A stretch of DNA of 64,000 nt from a candidate division WOR-3 bacterium (GTDB taxonomy: Bacteria > Hydrothermota > Tepidihabitantia > Tepidihabitantales > Tepidihabitantaceae), in assembly GCA_965648905.1 (NCBI GenBank), contig CBFGIT010000008.1:59225-123224 (forward strand), written 5' to 3'. Shown in pieces: positions 26,992 through 39,710 of the stretch. The notes below the pieces were generated by a model. The model made no database searches. It was not told the DNA's origin and was given only the letters and a program-made list of their open reading frames with translations. Made by a program: the position numbers and the translations under genes. Positions within the stretch are counted from its first letter, which is position 1; each line of letters opens with the position of its first letter.

Positions 26992-27840
26992 ATGAGCTAC
27001 CTGGTCGGGACCAGCGGCTTTTCGTTTGACGACTGGCTCGGCCCGGTCTACCCGGCTGGGCTGCCCAAATCCAAGTGGCTGCAGTACTACGAGCAGGCGC
27101 TCGGGTTTGATGCGGTCGAGCTCAACTTCACGTACTACACCATGCCGGCGGCCCGAACCTTGGAATCAATGCTCCGCCGCACCGGCTCGGACTTCACGTT
27201 TGTGGTCCGCTCGCACAAAGACATGACCCACGAAATCTGGCAGGACGAGAAGCGCACGACGCTCAAAGACACAACCACGGCGTTCCAGACGTTCGGCGAG
27301 GGCGTCAGGCCGCTCGTCGAGGCGAAGCGTCTCGGCTGCGTGCTGATTCAGTTCCCGGTCTACTTCTACCCGGTGCCTTCGAGCCTGGATTACCTGCGCC
27401 GGCTGCCTGAACTGCTGCCGGGCGTGTTGCTCACCGTCGAGTTCCGTAACCGCTCGTGGCTGCGCGATGCGACGTTCAGACTGCTCGAAGAAACCGGCAT
27501 GGGGTTCTGCGTGGTCGATGAGCCGAAACTGCCGCGACTCGTGCCATTCTTGCCCAGGCGCACGGCCCGGGTCGGCTACTTCCGGTTCCATGGCCGGAAT
27601 CCGAACTGGTTCAACGCCCCGCGTGAGGAGAGATATGACTACCTGTACTCGAAACCGGAGCTTGACGAGTTCGTCCCGCCGCTGCGCAGTGTCGCCTCCG
27701 GAGCCAAGGAGACGTTCGTCTTCTTCAACAACTGCCATGCCGGGTCCGCGGCCCGCAACGCCCTGATGATGAAGCAGATGCTCGGGCTGGTGGACAATCT
27801 CACTCCGGAACAGCAGCGGGTCGTGAACGGCGCCCGGTAA
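26992..27840 (+). CDS. DUF72 (YecE-like) protein
   Basis: GTSGFS..W, VELNFTYY, EFRNRSW, YFRFHGRN, FFNN. Confidence 0.9.
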   Translation: MSYLVGTSGFSFDDWLGPVYPAGLPKSKWLQYYEQALGFDAVELNFTYYTMPAARTLESMLRRTGSDFTFVVRSHKDMTHEIWQDEKRTTLKDTTTAFQTFGEGVRPLVEAKRLGCVLIQFPVYFYPVPSSLDYLRRLPELLPGVLLTVEFRNRSWLRDATFRLLEETGMGFCVVDEPKLPRLVPFLPRRTARVGYFRFHGRNPNWFNAPREERYDYLYSKPELDEFVPPLRSVASGAKETFVFFNNCHAGSAARNALMMKQMLGLVDNLTPEQQRVVNGAR

Positions 27841-27844
27841 CAGC

Positions 27845-28708
27845 TCACGGCTTTCGCCCGGGGTCGGTTCGGGTATAGACAACGCGGCGGGGAAAGGGAA
27901 TCTCCACGTTCGCGGTATCAAAGGCCTGCTTCAGTCGCAGCCGCAACTGCCGTTCTGCTTCCCAATGCTGAAGCGGTTGGACCTTGGCCACGATTCTGAT
28001 CGTCATGCCGGACTCGCCGAGACTGAGCAGACCGTGAACCTCGGGCGGCTCAAGCGCAGTCGGCCGGTTCTCGGCGTACCAGGCATCGGCGACTTCCCTG
28101 GCCTTGGCCATGCCGAGCGCTGGGTCCTGTTCGTAGGCCAGGTCCACAGTAACAAGCGCGCGCATGAAGCCGCGGTTCTGGTTGCCGAACCGGGTCAGCT
28201 CGCCGTTGGGAATGACGTAGAGCGTACCGTCGAACCCGCGCACCTGACAGGCCCGCAGTCCGACCCGCTCGACCGTGCCCCGGATGTCACTGGTCGTGAT
28301 GTAGTCACCGACGCCGACCAGGTCTTCAAACAGCAGGAAGAAACCGGAGATTACGTCTTTGACCAGGGTTTGGGCTCCGAATCCGACTGCGAGCCCGACG
28401 ACGCCGGCGCCGGCCAGAATCGTCGTGTAGTCGACTCCCAGGACCCTGAGGCACAAGACTGAGACAAAGAACAGGATGAAGTAGCCGGCCAGGCTATAGA
28501 CCAAGGAGACGACCGTGCGCGGCCGTCGCGTGCGGCGCAGCCGCTCTGACTTAAGCAGTCCGCGGGCAAGTCGGCGTACCACGTTCCAGACCAGGGCCGC
28601 GAGCACGATAATGATGACGATGTTAATGAACCTGGAGGCGTACTGAGCAAGTCTCTCCGGTTCAAGGAACTGTCGGCGCAGTGACTCGGAAAGCGCGTGC
28701 CAGAACAC
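27845..28708 (-). CDS. MscS-family mechanosensitive channel
   Basis: LAGAGVVGLAVGFGAQTLVKDVISG, VGDYI, IPNG, IPFP. Confidence 0.93.
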   Translation of the reverse strand: MFWHALSESLRRQFLEPERLAQYASRFINIVIIIVLAALVWNVVRRLARGLLKSERLRRTRRPRTVVSLVYSLAGYFILFFVSVLCLRVLGVDYTTILAGAGVVGLAVGFGAQTLVKDVISGFFLLFEDLVGVGDYITTSDIRGTVERVGLRACQVRGFDGTLYVIPNGELTRFGNQNRGFMRALVTVDLAYEQDPALGMAKAREVADAWYAENRPTALEPPEVHGLLSLGESGMTIRIVAKVQPLQHWEAERQLRLRLKQAFDTANVEIPFPRRVVYTRTDPGRKP

Positions 28709-29745
28709 TAGCCGACCACCTCAATCGTGCCGGCCCGGCCCGCCGTGACTTCGCCGACATACCAGGCCTGCTCGCCCGCGTCGGCCATGCGCTTGACAAA
28801 CTCGTCAACACGGCCCGGCTTGAGCGCCACGAGGAGCCCGCCCGAGCTCTGAGACTCCCAGACGATGGCGCGTACTGGCATGGGGACGTCGGGGTGGAAA
28901 GTAACGTATGGGCCGAAGGCGTTTTCGTTCATGGCTGTGCCCGGGTCCTGGAACTGCTCGGCTCGCGCGAGCACTCCGGGCAAGATCGGTAGCCTGTTGG
29001 AAAAGAACCTCAGGCTGACGAGCGAGCCTTCGGCCATCTCCTGGGCATGGCCGAGCAACCCGTAGCCGGTAATGTCGGTGGCCGAGCTGGCGTCGCACGC
29101 AAGCATGGCCTCAGACCCGGCCCGGTTCAGCCGCATCATCGAGCTCGTCGCGGCCTGGTACAGCTCAGAGTCGGGTTCGTCCGGACTCATCATCATCTGG
29201 CTGAACACGCCCGTGCCGAGCGGCTTGGTCAGCACCAGACTGTCACCAGCCTGCGCCCGGGCGTTGGTCACAATCCGGTCCGGCCGGATTCGGCCGGTGA
29301 CCGACAGACCGAACTTGATTTCCTTCTCGTTGAAGGTGTGCCCGCCGACCACCACTGCCCCGGCTTCATCAACCGCATCCTGCCCCCCGCGCAGGATTTC
29401 GCCCAGCACCCGCTTGTCCATCGGCCCGGGAAAACCGACGACGTTCAGGGCCGTGAGCGGCGTGCCGCCCATCGCGTACACATCTGACAGCGAATTGGCC
29501 GCAGCGATTCGGCCGAAGGTGTACGGGTCTTCAACCATCGGGGTGAGCAGGTCCACGGTCTGAACCAGGGCAAGACCATCCTCGACCAGGAAGACGCCCG
29601 CGTCGTCGGCTGTGTTGATACCGACGAGGAGTCTTGGGTCGGTCGACGGTTTCAGTCCTTCGAGTGCTTGCGCCAACTGCGCCTTGCCGAGTTTGGACGC
29701 TCAGCCGGCACAGGTGACGGTAGCGAGAATGCCTCGTCTGGCCAC
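28708..29745 (-). CDS. selD: Selenide, water dikinase; predicted selenoprotein (in-frame UGA at codon 15)
   Basis: GTG at 29745 after AAAGGA reads MARRGILATVTCAG-UGA(29703-29701)-ASKLGKAQL in frame with DDAGV, ANSLSDVYAMGG, GGHT, TDITGYGLLGH. Confidence 0.92.
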
Positions 29746-29779
29746 AGGTTCCTTTCTAGCGACGGTCTGCCGTTGCCAG

Positions 29780-31666
29780 TCACTTCTGCCTGAGTATTCG
29801 CACTTCGCCTTTGCGCTGCGTCAGGCCGCGCGAGTCGAGGTAGTTGAGGAGGGGGATGAGGTACTTGCGCGACGTGCCAAGCTCCTGGCGAATCTCCGAG
29901 GCGGTCAGCTCGGGTTTGAACTCAAACAGGGTTCTGACTCTCTTTTCTGCGTTCTTCACCGTGTCGCAGTGCAGAACGACGGATTCACCGAGGTCCACCA
30001 GCCGGCCTGATTCGAGCAGCGCAGCCCGGACGCGCTCGGCCAGCTTCTTCTCGACTCCGGCCAGGGCTTCGGACAGGGGCGGAGTCATGAACCCGGCCTC
30101 GCGGTACAAAGCCTCAATCCGGTCAAAATGCTTCTGCTCGGCCGGCCCGAGCTTGAGCGAGTGAGTGGCGAATCTCACTCTGTCTTCTTCGAGAGCAAGC
30201 CGGCCCGCGGCGATAAGTTCCGAAAGCAGGCTCTCGAACAGAGGCAGCGACAACCCGGCCTTGGCCCGGAGTTCGGACCGCTTCATGCCGAGCCGGAATG
30301 GATTCTCGTGGTGGAACTTCTCCAGTACGCCGAGCAGCGCGGCCTGTGCGTCAACGTACGCCGCCTCATGCACCAGGTATTCCCTGGACTCGAACCGGAG
30401 CCGGCGCACCCGGGCGGTCCGGACCAGCGCGTCGAGCATCTGCACGGCGTCGGCATCAGCCAAGGCAAGGTCTTTGGCCGCCTGCGCCAGGAGCCGGGCG
30501 TCGAACCGGTTCTTGACGAGATACTGTTCGAGCACGCTGCCCGCCTCGCCGGTGCGCAACGCTTTGAGCCGAGCAATGGTCGCGGCATCGAATCTGCGCT
30601 CTTTGTCCGGGTTCGCCTCGAGGACCACACCCCCACCCACGGTCTGCTGCGGGGCAAAGGTACGGAGCACGAAGTGGTCGTTCCAGTCGCACACCACCGG
30701 TTCCTCGAGCCGGCACTGGACAAGCCCTTCTTGACCGGGCGTGAGTTCTCTTGCGTCGATGAGCAGCACTCGGCACATGACCTCGGCCGTGCCGATGTGG
30801 AGTTTGAGCCGGGTCAGGTTCCTCAAAGGCCGGCCCGCATCCTTCAAGTAGTAGAACCAGGCGTTGAACATGTCGGTCGGACGGTAGTAGCCGGGCGTGG
30901 CCAGCACGCTGCCGCGCATCGCCGCCTCGCGTTCGATGCCCTGCAGGTTCAGGGCGGCCCGCTCGCCCAACCCCGCTTTCTCGGCCGCCTTGCCGTGCTT
31001 CTGGATGCCGCGCACCCTGACCTCACCTTCCTCAGGCAGAAGCTCCACCCGGTCGCCGACCTTCACCTGACCGGAGAGAATCGTACCTGCGACCACGGTC
31101 CCAAAACCCTTCATCACGAAGTTCCGGTCAATCGGCATCCGAAACACACCCCGGTCCGGCCGAACCGGAACCCGGGCCGCAGCTTCGCTGATTGCCTGTT
31201 TCAACTCCGCAATGCCGGTCCCGGTCAGGGCCGACACCGCGACGACCGGCGCCTTCTCAAGAAACGAACCTTTGACAAGGTCGGCCACATCCAGCCTGAC
31301 CAGTTCGAGCATCTCCTCATCGACCAGATCACACTTGTTGATTGCCACCAGACCCCGGCTGATGCCCATCAGCCGGCAGATTTCAAAGTGCTCGCGGGTC
31401 TGGGGCATGACGCCGTCGTCGGCAGCAACAACCAGAACTACAAGGTCAACCGTACTTGCGCCGGCCAGCATGTGCCGGACAAACCGCTCGTGCCCAGGAA
31501 CGTCAATGACCGTGATGTCATCGCCCAAGAACGCGAAACCCAGGTCAGTGGTCATCCCGCGCGCTCGCTCCTCTTTGAGCCGGTCCGGGTCAGTACCGGT
31601 CAGAGCGCGGACCAGGGCGCTCTTGCCGTGGTCAATGTGACCGGCAGTGCCTACGACGATGTGCAT
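29780..31666 (-). CDS. selB: Selenocysteine-specific elongation factor
   Basis: [20 protein letters not shown]-terminal winged helix [13 protein letters not shown]. Confidence 0.96.
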   Translation of the reverse strand: MHIVVGTAGHIDHGKSALVRALTGTDPDRLKEERARGMTTDLGFAFLGDDITVIDVPGHERFVRHMLAGASTVDLVVLVVAADDGVMPQTREHFEICRLMGISRGLVAINKCDLVDEEMLELVRLDVADLVKGSFLEKAPVVAVSALTGTGIAELKQAISEAAARVPVRPDRGVFRMPIDRNFVMKGFGTVVAGTILSGQVKVGDRVELLPEEGEVRVRGIQKHGKAAEKAGLGERAALNLQGIEREAAMRGSVLATPGYYRPTDMFNAWFYYLKDAGRPLRNLTRLKLHIGTAEVMCRVLLIDARELTPGQEGLVQCRLEEPVVCDWNDHFVLRTFAPQQTVGGGVVLEANPDKERRFDAATIARLKALRTGEAGSVLEQYLVKNRFDARLLAQAAKDLALADADAVQMLDALVRTARVRRLRFESREYLVHEAAYVDAQAALLGVLEKFHHENPFRLGMKRSELRAKAGLSLPLFESLLSELIAAGRLALEEDRVRFATHSLKLGPAEQKHFDRIEALYREAGFMTPPLSEALAGVEKKLAERVRAALLESGRLVDLGESVVLHCDTVKNAEKRVRTLFEFKPELTASEIRQELGTSRKYLIPLLNYLDSRGLTQRKGEVRILRQK

Positions 31667-31713
31667 GAGTAGCGCTATGCCCGGCGGATGGTGAAACGGG
31701 ACCTGGTCATTCT

Positions 31714-33165
31714 CTAGAATCCTCGACGGTCGGCCGCGCCGGGAATCTTCAATTCTGCCCGGTACTTCGCCACGGTGCGACGGGAGATTTCGATCCCCTC
31801 GGTCTTGAGCCGGTTGCAGATCTCGTCGTCGTTGAGGGGGTTGGACTTGTCTTCGGCTTCGATGATTGCCTGGACTCGGCCCTTAATGCTCGTGCGGGAC
31901 TTGTCTTTGGTGCCGGCCTTGAAGAAGTAGCTCAAGGGGAATATGCCAAATGACGTCTCGACGTACTTGCCGGCAATTGCCCGGGAGATGGTCGAGGCGT
32001 GAACGCCGATACGGTCTGCGGCCTGGCGGAGAGTTGCTGGTTTGAGGTGTTCGCGGCCGTGGATGAAGAAGTCGCGTTGTTCCTGGATTACGACCTCAAC
32101 GAGTCTCTGGAGTGTACGGCGCCGTGATTCGATGCCGCGCAGGAACATTAAGGCGCGCTGGAACTTCAGCCGGGCGAATTCGACCTGCTCTTTGGGGTAG
32201 GACTTCGGATTGCGCAGGATCTCCTGGTAGCGGCGTGCCAGTCGCAGGCGGGGAAAAGTCTCGTCGTTCGGCACCGCAACGAGCTTGTCTTCCTGCCATT
32301 CGACCGAGAAGTCCGGGGCGACGTAGGCTGGCATGCCGGCAGCGAACCGGCGGGCCGGTCTCGGTTCAAGCTTAAGGATGGTCTGAATCGCCTGACGGAT
32401 ATCGTCCTCGGTGACACCACACAGCCTGGCGATCTTGGCGGTCTGCTTCTTCATCAGCAGGTCCCAGTGGTCGCGCAGGAGTTTGCACTCGAGGCTTTGC
32501 GGGTCAGAGCCGGCGAGTTCGAGCTGGATGAGAAGTGATTCGCGGGCGTCGCGACAGCCGATGCCGCCCGGCTCCAGACGCTGGATGACAAACAGCACGG
32601 ACCGGACCCGCTCAACATCGGTCTCCACTGCGGCTGCGACTTCATCGTCGGTCATGGTCAGGAATCCGTCTTCGTCAATCGAGTCGACGATGAACTCGGC
32701 GATGGCTGCGTCTTCGTCGCTCAGACTGGCGCGGAGTCGGGGCATCAGGGTGTCGTGGAGGCTCGATTCCGGGCCTGAGGTCAGCTCGACGGCGGATTCG
32801 CGCTGGTCTCCAGAGCCGCCGGTCAAGGGTACCGGCATGCCGTCTTCAGGCAGGAGCTCAGCAATCGAGTACTCGTCGCCGGGCCGAACCTCGAAGTTGG
32901 ACTGAGCTTCGGACAAGGTCTGTTCCTGCTCAGGAGTCGCATCTGGACCTGAGTCAGGCTGAGAGGCGACCATGGTTTCAGCGGCGAGCGGGTTTTCCGG
33001 GTCGGGCTGGTCATCAACCTGCTCCAAGGCCGGATTCTCCTCCAGTTCCTGCCGAACAAGCTGCTCGAGGTCGAGGGCTGAAACCTGAAGGAGTTTCATC
33101 TGGAGGATGAGTTGCTGAGTTACCCTCAGCTCCTGACGCAGGGACAGTTCCTGAATCAGGTTCAT
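31714..33165 (-). CDS. rpoN: RNA polymerase sigma-54 factor
   Basis: Gln/Leu-rich region I, HASTISRA, RpoN box SRRTVAKYR. Confidence 0.96.
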   Translation of the reverse strand: MNLIQELSLRQELRVTQQLILQMKLLQVSALDLEQLVRQELEENPALEQVDDQPDPENPLAAETMVASQPDSGPDATPEQEQTLSEAQSNFEVRPGDEYSIAELLPEDGMPVPLTGGSGDQRESAVELTSGPESSLHDTLMPRLRASLSDEDAAIAEFIVDSIDEDGFLTMTDDEVAAAVETDVERVRSVLFVIQRLEPGGIGCRDARESLLIQLELAGSDPQSLECKLLRDHWDLLMKKQTAKIARLCGVTEDDIRQAIQTILKLEPRPARRFAAGMPAYVAPDFSVEWQEDKLVAVPNDETFPRLRLARRYQEILRNPKSYPKEQVEFARLKFQRALMFLRGIESRRRTLQRLVEVVIQEQRDFFIHGREHLKPATLRQAADRIGVHASTISRAIAGKYVETSFGIFPLSYFFKAGTKDKSRTSIKGRVQAIIEAEDKSNPLNDDEICNRLKTEGIEISRRTVAKYRAELKIPGAADRRGF

Positions 33166-33908
33166 ATCCTGAACCTTTCACCGAGGTATAGCTGCCGGGC
33201 TTTTTCGTCGCGGACGAGGTCGTCCGAGGTTCCGGAAAGCAGGACGTGCGCGTCGTACATGATGTAGGCACGGTCGGTGATTTCGAGGGTCTCGCGGACG
33301 TTGTGGTCGGTGATTAGGATGCCGAGGCCGTCGTTGCGAAGGGCAAGGATGGTGTCCTGGATTTCGGCGCGGACGATCGGGTCGATGCCGGTGAATGGTT
33401 CGTCAAGGAGGAGGAATGCCGGGTCTGAGGCCAGGGCGCGGGCGAGTTCAACCCGGCGCCGTTCGCCGCCGGAGAGCGTGCTGCCTTTCTGCTTGCGCAG
33501 GTGGGCGATGTTGAATCGGGCGAGCAACTGGTCGGTGCGCTCGGTTTGTTCCTGCCGGGACTTACCCAGCATCTCGAGGACGGCGCGGATGTTGTCTTCG
33601 ACCGAGAGCCGACGAAATACCGAAGGCTCCTGAGAAAGGTAGCCGAGGCCGAGTCGAGCCCGACGGTAGACCGGCAGGTGGGTGATGTCTCGGCCGTCGA
33701 GAGCTATGGTACCCTGTTCGGGCCGGATGAATCCGGTGATCATGTGGAAGGTCGTGGTCTTGCCCGCACCGTTGGGGCCGAGCAGACCCACGGTCTCGCC
33801 GCGCCTGAGTTCGAGACTGACGCCGTCAACCACTTTGCGTCCACCGTAGCGCTTGACCAATCCGGAGGCAACGAGCCTGGAGTCTGGCGATCTCGGCTCA
33901 GTGCTCAT
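33162..33908 (-). CDS. lptB: LPS export ABC ATPase
   Basis: GPNGAGKTT, LSGGERRRVE, DEPFTGIDP, TDHNVRETL, YLGERF. Confidence 0.96.
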   Translation of the reverse strand: MSTEPRSPDSRLVASGLVKRYGGRKVVDGVSLELRRGETVGLLGPNGAGKTTTFHMITGFIRPEQGTIALDGRDITHLPVYRRARLGLGYLSQEPSVFRRLSVEDNIRAVLEMLGKSRQEQTERTDQLLARFNIAHLRKQKGSTLSGGERRRVELARALASDPAFLLLDEPFTGIDPIVRAEIQDTILALRNDGLGILITDHNVRETLEITDRAYIMYDAHVLLSGTSDDLVRDEKARQLYLGERFRI

Positions 33909-34824
33909 CGGTCTTCGCTCCTCGTCTCAGAAGCTGCCCGGACCAGAGTTCGCGAATCGCGATTCGTTCGACATCGCCGCCCACGAGTTCAAGGCTGATC
34001 GAGCGGCCGCTGACGTCAATCAGCTCGCCGCCTTCGGTTCGGTATGTGCCGGCAGCACGACCCCGGATGTTGACCCGGGCAAGCGCGCCGTCCCGTACGA
34101 AGAAGACCATCGTGTCGCCGGTAGCGCTGCTTGACCGGTCTTTCATGCTCGGCCGGCCCAGGGCCAGACCCGAGTCAGGCCCGGAGACGAAGACGACCGT
34201 GTCGCAGAGCAGTTCGCTTGCTCCTGACCTGATGCTGACTCCGCCCTGGGCCACGGCGCGCGACTCGGTTTCATACCAGTACATCGCGTCGCTCTTAACT
34301 CGGGCCGTGTCCGCATCACGGAACCATACCAGAGCCGGGTCTTCGTCTACCAGCCCGATATTCCGAGCCAGGTCGTAGCGCCCTCTCCTGCCCGTGATGC
34401 GGAACGGCCGGGTACGTCCGTGCAGGGTCAGACCCTGGCCGGCAATTACCAGTTTGTCCTGGGCCAGGTGGAGGATGTGCGGGGCGAAGATGTCGAGCGA
34501 CTCCTGTTCCACCTGGACGTCACCGAACAGCTCGGCCCGGCGGTCGGAAAGGCTGTAGCGTGCCGAGTCGGCGCGGATTCGGGCGTCCGGGCTGCTAATG
34601 ACGACGCTGCCACTAACGACCGCAAGCCCGCGACTCTCGTACAGCCGCGCCGCGTCGGCATCAATGCGCGTGTCCTTGTCGGTAATCACGACGCTGTCGT
34701 GGAATACGGCAGCTTCGCCGTCTGATGTCCGGACCAGCTCCATTCGGCGGGCAGCAATCTCTGCGGCCAGAGTCGAACCGACAAATACAATGAGCAGGCC
34801 AAAGACGGCGCTGGCTTGTTTCAT
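33898..34824 (-). CDS. lptA: LptA/OstA-like beta-jellyroll periplasmic protein
   Basis: Signal peptide, repeated jellyroll-type strands, position between lptC and lptB. Confidence 0.7.
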   Translation of the reverse strand: MKQASAVFGLLIVFVGSTLAAEIAARRMELVRTSDGEAAVFHDSVVITDKDTRIDADAARLYESRGLAVVSGSVVISSPDARIRADSARYSLSDRRAELFGDVQVEQESLDIFAPHILHLAQDKLVIAGQGLTLHGRTRPFRITGRRGRYDLARNIGLVDEDPALVWFRDADTARVKSDAMYWYETESRAVAQGGVSIRSGASELLCDTVVFVSGPDSGLALGRPSMKDRSSSATGDTMVFFVRDGALARVNIRGRAAGTYRTEGGELIDVSGRSISLELVGGDVERIAIRELWSGQLLRRGAKTDEH

Positions 34825-35347
34825 GGTTCGGCCTCGAAGTCGTAGTCAGAGGTTCCGCTGATGCGACCCTGGATTTCAATCCGGGAGAGAGCCGCGTCCG
34901 AAACAAGGCCTGTGCCTTTGACCCGGCCGCGGGGCGTGACAATCTCGACCGGCGCATCGGTCTGCACCTGCTGGGCCGGATTGTTCCAGGCCAGGGAGTC
35001 GGTCAGGAGCAAAGTACTGTCCGCAGTCCGGACCGAGACCGCGCCGCGGGCAACCAGGTTCTCGTTCTGGTAGATGGTGCCCTGGTCTGCCACAAGCACC
35101 GAATGGACCCGGCCGTCTTCGTCGTAGAACTCGACTCGCAGCCGAACCACGTCCACACGTCGGTCCGGGTCAAACACAAACGCCCGGTCGGCCGCTAGGG
35201 AATAGAGCTGCCGGCCGCTGCCGCTTTCGCAGAGGGTGAACTGCTCGATGACCTGGCTGGGCAGAGTCTGAGTTGATGCCGGAGCTGGCTTGTCATGGCA
35301 GTTGGCGACAAGAGCACAAAGCCCCAGAATCAGCGGAACCGAGTTCC

Positions 35348-35351
<4 letters not shown>
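34821..35351 (-). CDS. lptC: LPS export protein LptC (lipoprotein-type)
   Basis: LVANC lipobox-like; FYDEDG...ADQG...TDSLAW...TDAPVEI...GTGL; GTG overlaps the upstream stop. Confidence 0.85.
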
Positions 35352-37757
<2,406 letters not shown>

Positions 37758-37809
37758 TCATGCCGGGCCGCTCCGGCGTCCCGCGTGACGCGTCAAGCGT
37801 AGCGCGTCC

Positions 37810-37926
37810 TCATCCCTGCCGCTGTTTGTGCTTCGGGTCACGCTTGCAGATGACCCGGACAACGCCCTTGCGCTTGACAACAACGCAGTGAGCGCAGCGC
37901 TTCTTCACTGACGCACGAACCTTCAC
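37810..37926 (-). CDS. rpmJ: 50S ribosomal protein L36 (Zn-binding form; below ORF-track cutoff)
   Basis: GTG start, reads [38 protein letters not shown]. Confidence 0.95.
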   Translation of the reverse strand: MKVRASVKKRCAHCVVVKRKGVVRVICKRDPKHKQRQG

Positions 37927-37967
37927 AGTTTCTCCTTTGCTTCTCCAGTCCGCCGAAAATCTGGTCG

Positions 37968-38186
37968 CTACTTGAACCGATAGATGATTCGGCCACGGGA
38001 AAGGTCATAAGGTGAGAACTCCACCGTCACCCTGTCACCGGGCAGAATCCTTATCCAGTGCAACCGCATCCGGCCCGAGATGTGAGCAATCACCTTGTGG
38101 TGATTGTCTAGCTCGACCCGGAATGTCGCATTGGGAAGGGCCTCAACGATCGTCCCTTCCAGTTGTATCAGGTCTTTTTTCGCCAT
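37968..38186 (-). CDS. infA: Translation initiation factor IF-1
   Basis: [10 protein letters not shown]...[15 protein letters not shown]...[10 protein letters not shown]. Confidence 0.97.
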   Translation of the reverse strand: MAKKDLIQLEGTIVEALPNATFRVELDNHHKVIAHISGRMRLHWIRILPGDRVTVEFSPYDLSRGRIIYRFK

Positions 38187-38194
38187 TGAGAGGA

Positions 38195-38968
38195 TTATCC
38201 AGGCCGGCCCGAATCGTCCGCCGTGACGGTAAGAATCTCAGGAACTCCTGCTGTGACCAGCACGGTATTCTCGTAGTGCGCCGAGGCCCGACCGTCACGT
38301 GTCACCACCGTCCAGCCGTTCGCATCGGTCACAACTTCAGGCCCGCCGGTGTTCACCATCGGCTCGATCGCCAAGGTCATCCCCGCGGTCAGGACCATGC
38401 CCCGACCGGCCGGGCCGAAATTGGGCACCGACGGCTCTTCGTGCAGAGCTCGACCGACCCCGTGGCCACACAGGTCTCTAACCACCGAGTAACCGTGTCC
38501 CTCAGCGCAGGACTGCACCGCGTGCCCGATGTCCGAGACCCGTCTTCCGACCCGGGCCTGAGCCACTCCGGCCCAGAACGACTCCTCGGTCGCGGCGATA
38601 AGCCGGCGCAGCTCAGGCGCAATCTCGCCCACCGCAAACGTCCGGGCGGCGTCGGCAATCAGACCGTCCTTGGTGACGCCCACGTCCAGCTTCACGATGT
38701 CACCGGCCACCAGCACTCTGCTGTCCGGGATCCCATGGACAACCTCAGCATTGATACTGACACACACCGGCGCCGGGAATCCCCGGTAGCGAAGGAAGGT
38801 CGGGTATCCGCCGCGCTCCCGGATGTAGCGCTCGCAGACCCGCGACAGGTGCTCAAGCCTCACCCCGGGTCTGACTTCGGCCCCGGCAAGCTCCAAAGCC
38901 CCGGCCGCGATTCGGCCGGCCTGCCGCATCCCGGCAATCTCGTCGGGCGTCTTGGCCCAGACCGGCAA
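38195..38968 (-). CDS. map: Methionine aminopeptidase type I
   Basis: VVHGIP, GHGVG..LHEEP, AIEPMV, SAHYENT. Confidence 0.96.
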   Translation of the reverse strand: MPVWAKTPDEIAGMRQAGRIAAGALELAGAEVRPGVRLEHLSRVCERYIRERGGYPTFLRYRGFPAPVCVSINAEVVHGIPDSRVLVAGDIVKLDVGVTKDGLIADAARTFAVGEIAPELRRLIAATEESFWAGVAQARVGRRVSDIGHAVQSCAEGHGYSVVRDLCGHGVGRALHEEPSVPNFGPAGRGMVLTAGMTLAIEPMVNTGGPEVVTDANGWTVVTRDGRASAHYENTVLVTAGVPEILTVTADDSGRPG

Positions 38969-38977
38969 GCCCGGGCC

Positions 38978-39640
38978 TCACCTCTCTCCGGCTCCGGCGA
39001 GCAGCTTCGTCACCTCTTCGTAGACCCGGTCCCGGCCGAGTTCGCCAGCCACCCGCCTCAGCTTGTCTTGCGCCGAGTAATAGTGAATCAAGGGCTCGGT
39101 CTGGCTGTGATAGACGTGCAGGCGGTCACGAATCGTCTCCTCGGTGTCGTCCTTGCGCTGGTACAGCTCGCCGCCGCACGCATCGCACAAACCCGTCTGC
39201 TGCGGCGGCTTGAAGGTCAGATTGTAAATCGCGCCGCACCGACGGCACTGGCGGCGCGAGGTCAGGCGTCGGACTACCTCATCGTCGGCCAAGTCGACAA
39301 GCACGACCAAATCGACTGCCAGCCCGTGCGTATTGAGCACCTCGTCGAGCCCTTCGGCCTGAGGCACGGTCCGCGGGAACCCGTCGAACAGAATCGGCCG
39401 ACCGGCGTGCTCGGCAATGAAGGCATTAACTACTTCAAGTACCACATCGTCGGGCACGAGGCGGCCGGAAACGACGAACTCCTCAACCTCAAGTCCGACC
39501 GGGGTCTTGCGGGCGATGTGGTCACGAAAGACCTCGCCGGTCGAGTAGTGGACCATGCCGTTGCGGTCACGCAGCAGTTCGGCCTGGGTACCTTTACCCG
39601 AACCGGGCGGGCCCAGAAGAACGACATTGAGTGCCTTCAT
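38978..39640 (-). CDS. adk: Adenylate kinase (Zn-lid)
   Basis: GPPGSGKGTQ, DGFPRT, CRRC...CDAC lid, RKDD; likely ATG at 39640. Confidence 0.96.
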   Translation of the reverse strand: MKALNVVLLGPPGSGKGTQAELLRDRNGMVHYSTGEVFRDHIARKTPVGLEVEEFVVSGRLVPDDVVLEVVNAFIAEHAGRPILFDGFPRTVPQAEGLDEVLNTHGLAVDLVVLVDLADDEVVRRLTSRRQCRRCGAIYNLTFKPPQQTGLCDACGGELYQRKDDTEETIRDRLHVYHSQTEPLIHYYSAQDKLRRVAGELGRDRVYEEVTKLLAGAGER

Positions 39641-39710
39641 GCGGTATGGTTCGTAGTGTAGCCGACTTTGCCCGTGAGTCAAGGACAGGGAGACCGGTGA
39701 CGAGCGCGGG

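Noticed and set aside
29746..31713. tRNA-Sec or selA near selB/selD
   Set aside because: Intergenic gaps are under 50 bp; no TCA-anticodon cloverleaf or SelA ORF was seen in the window
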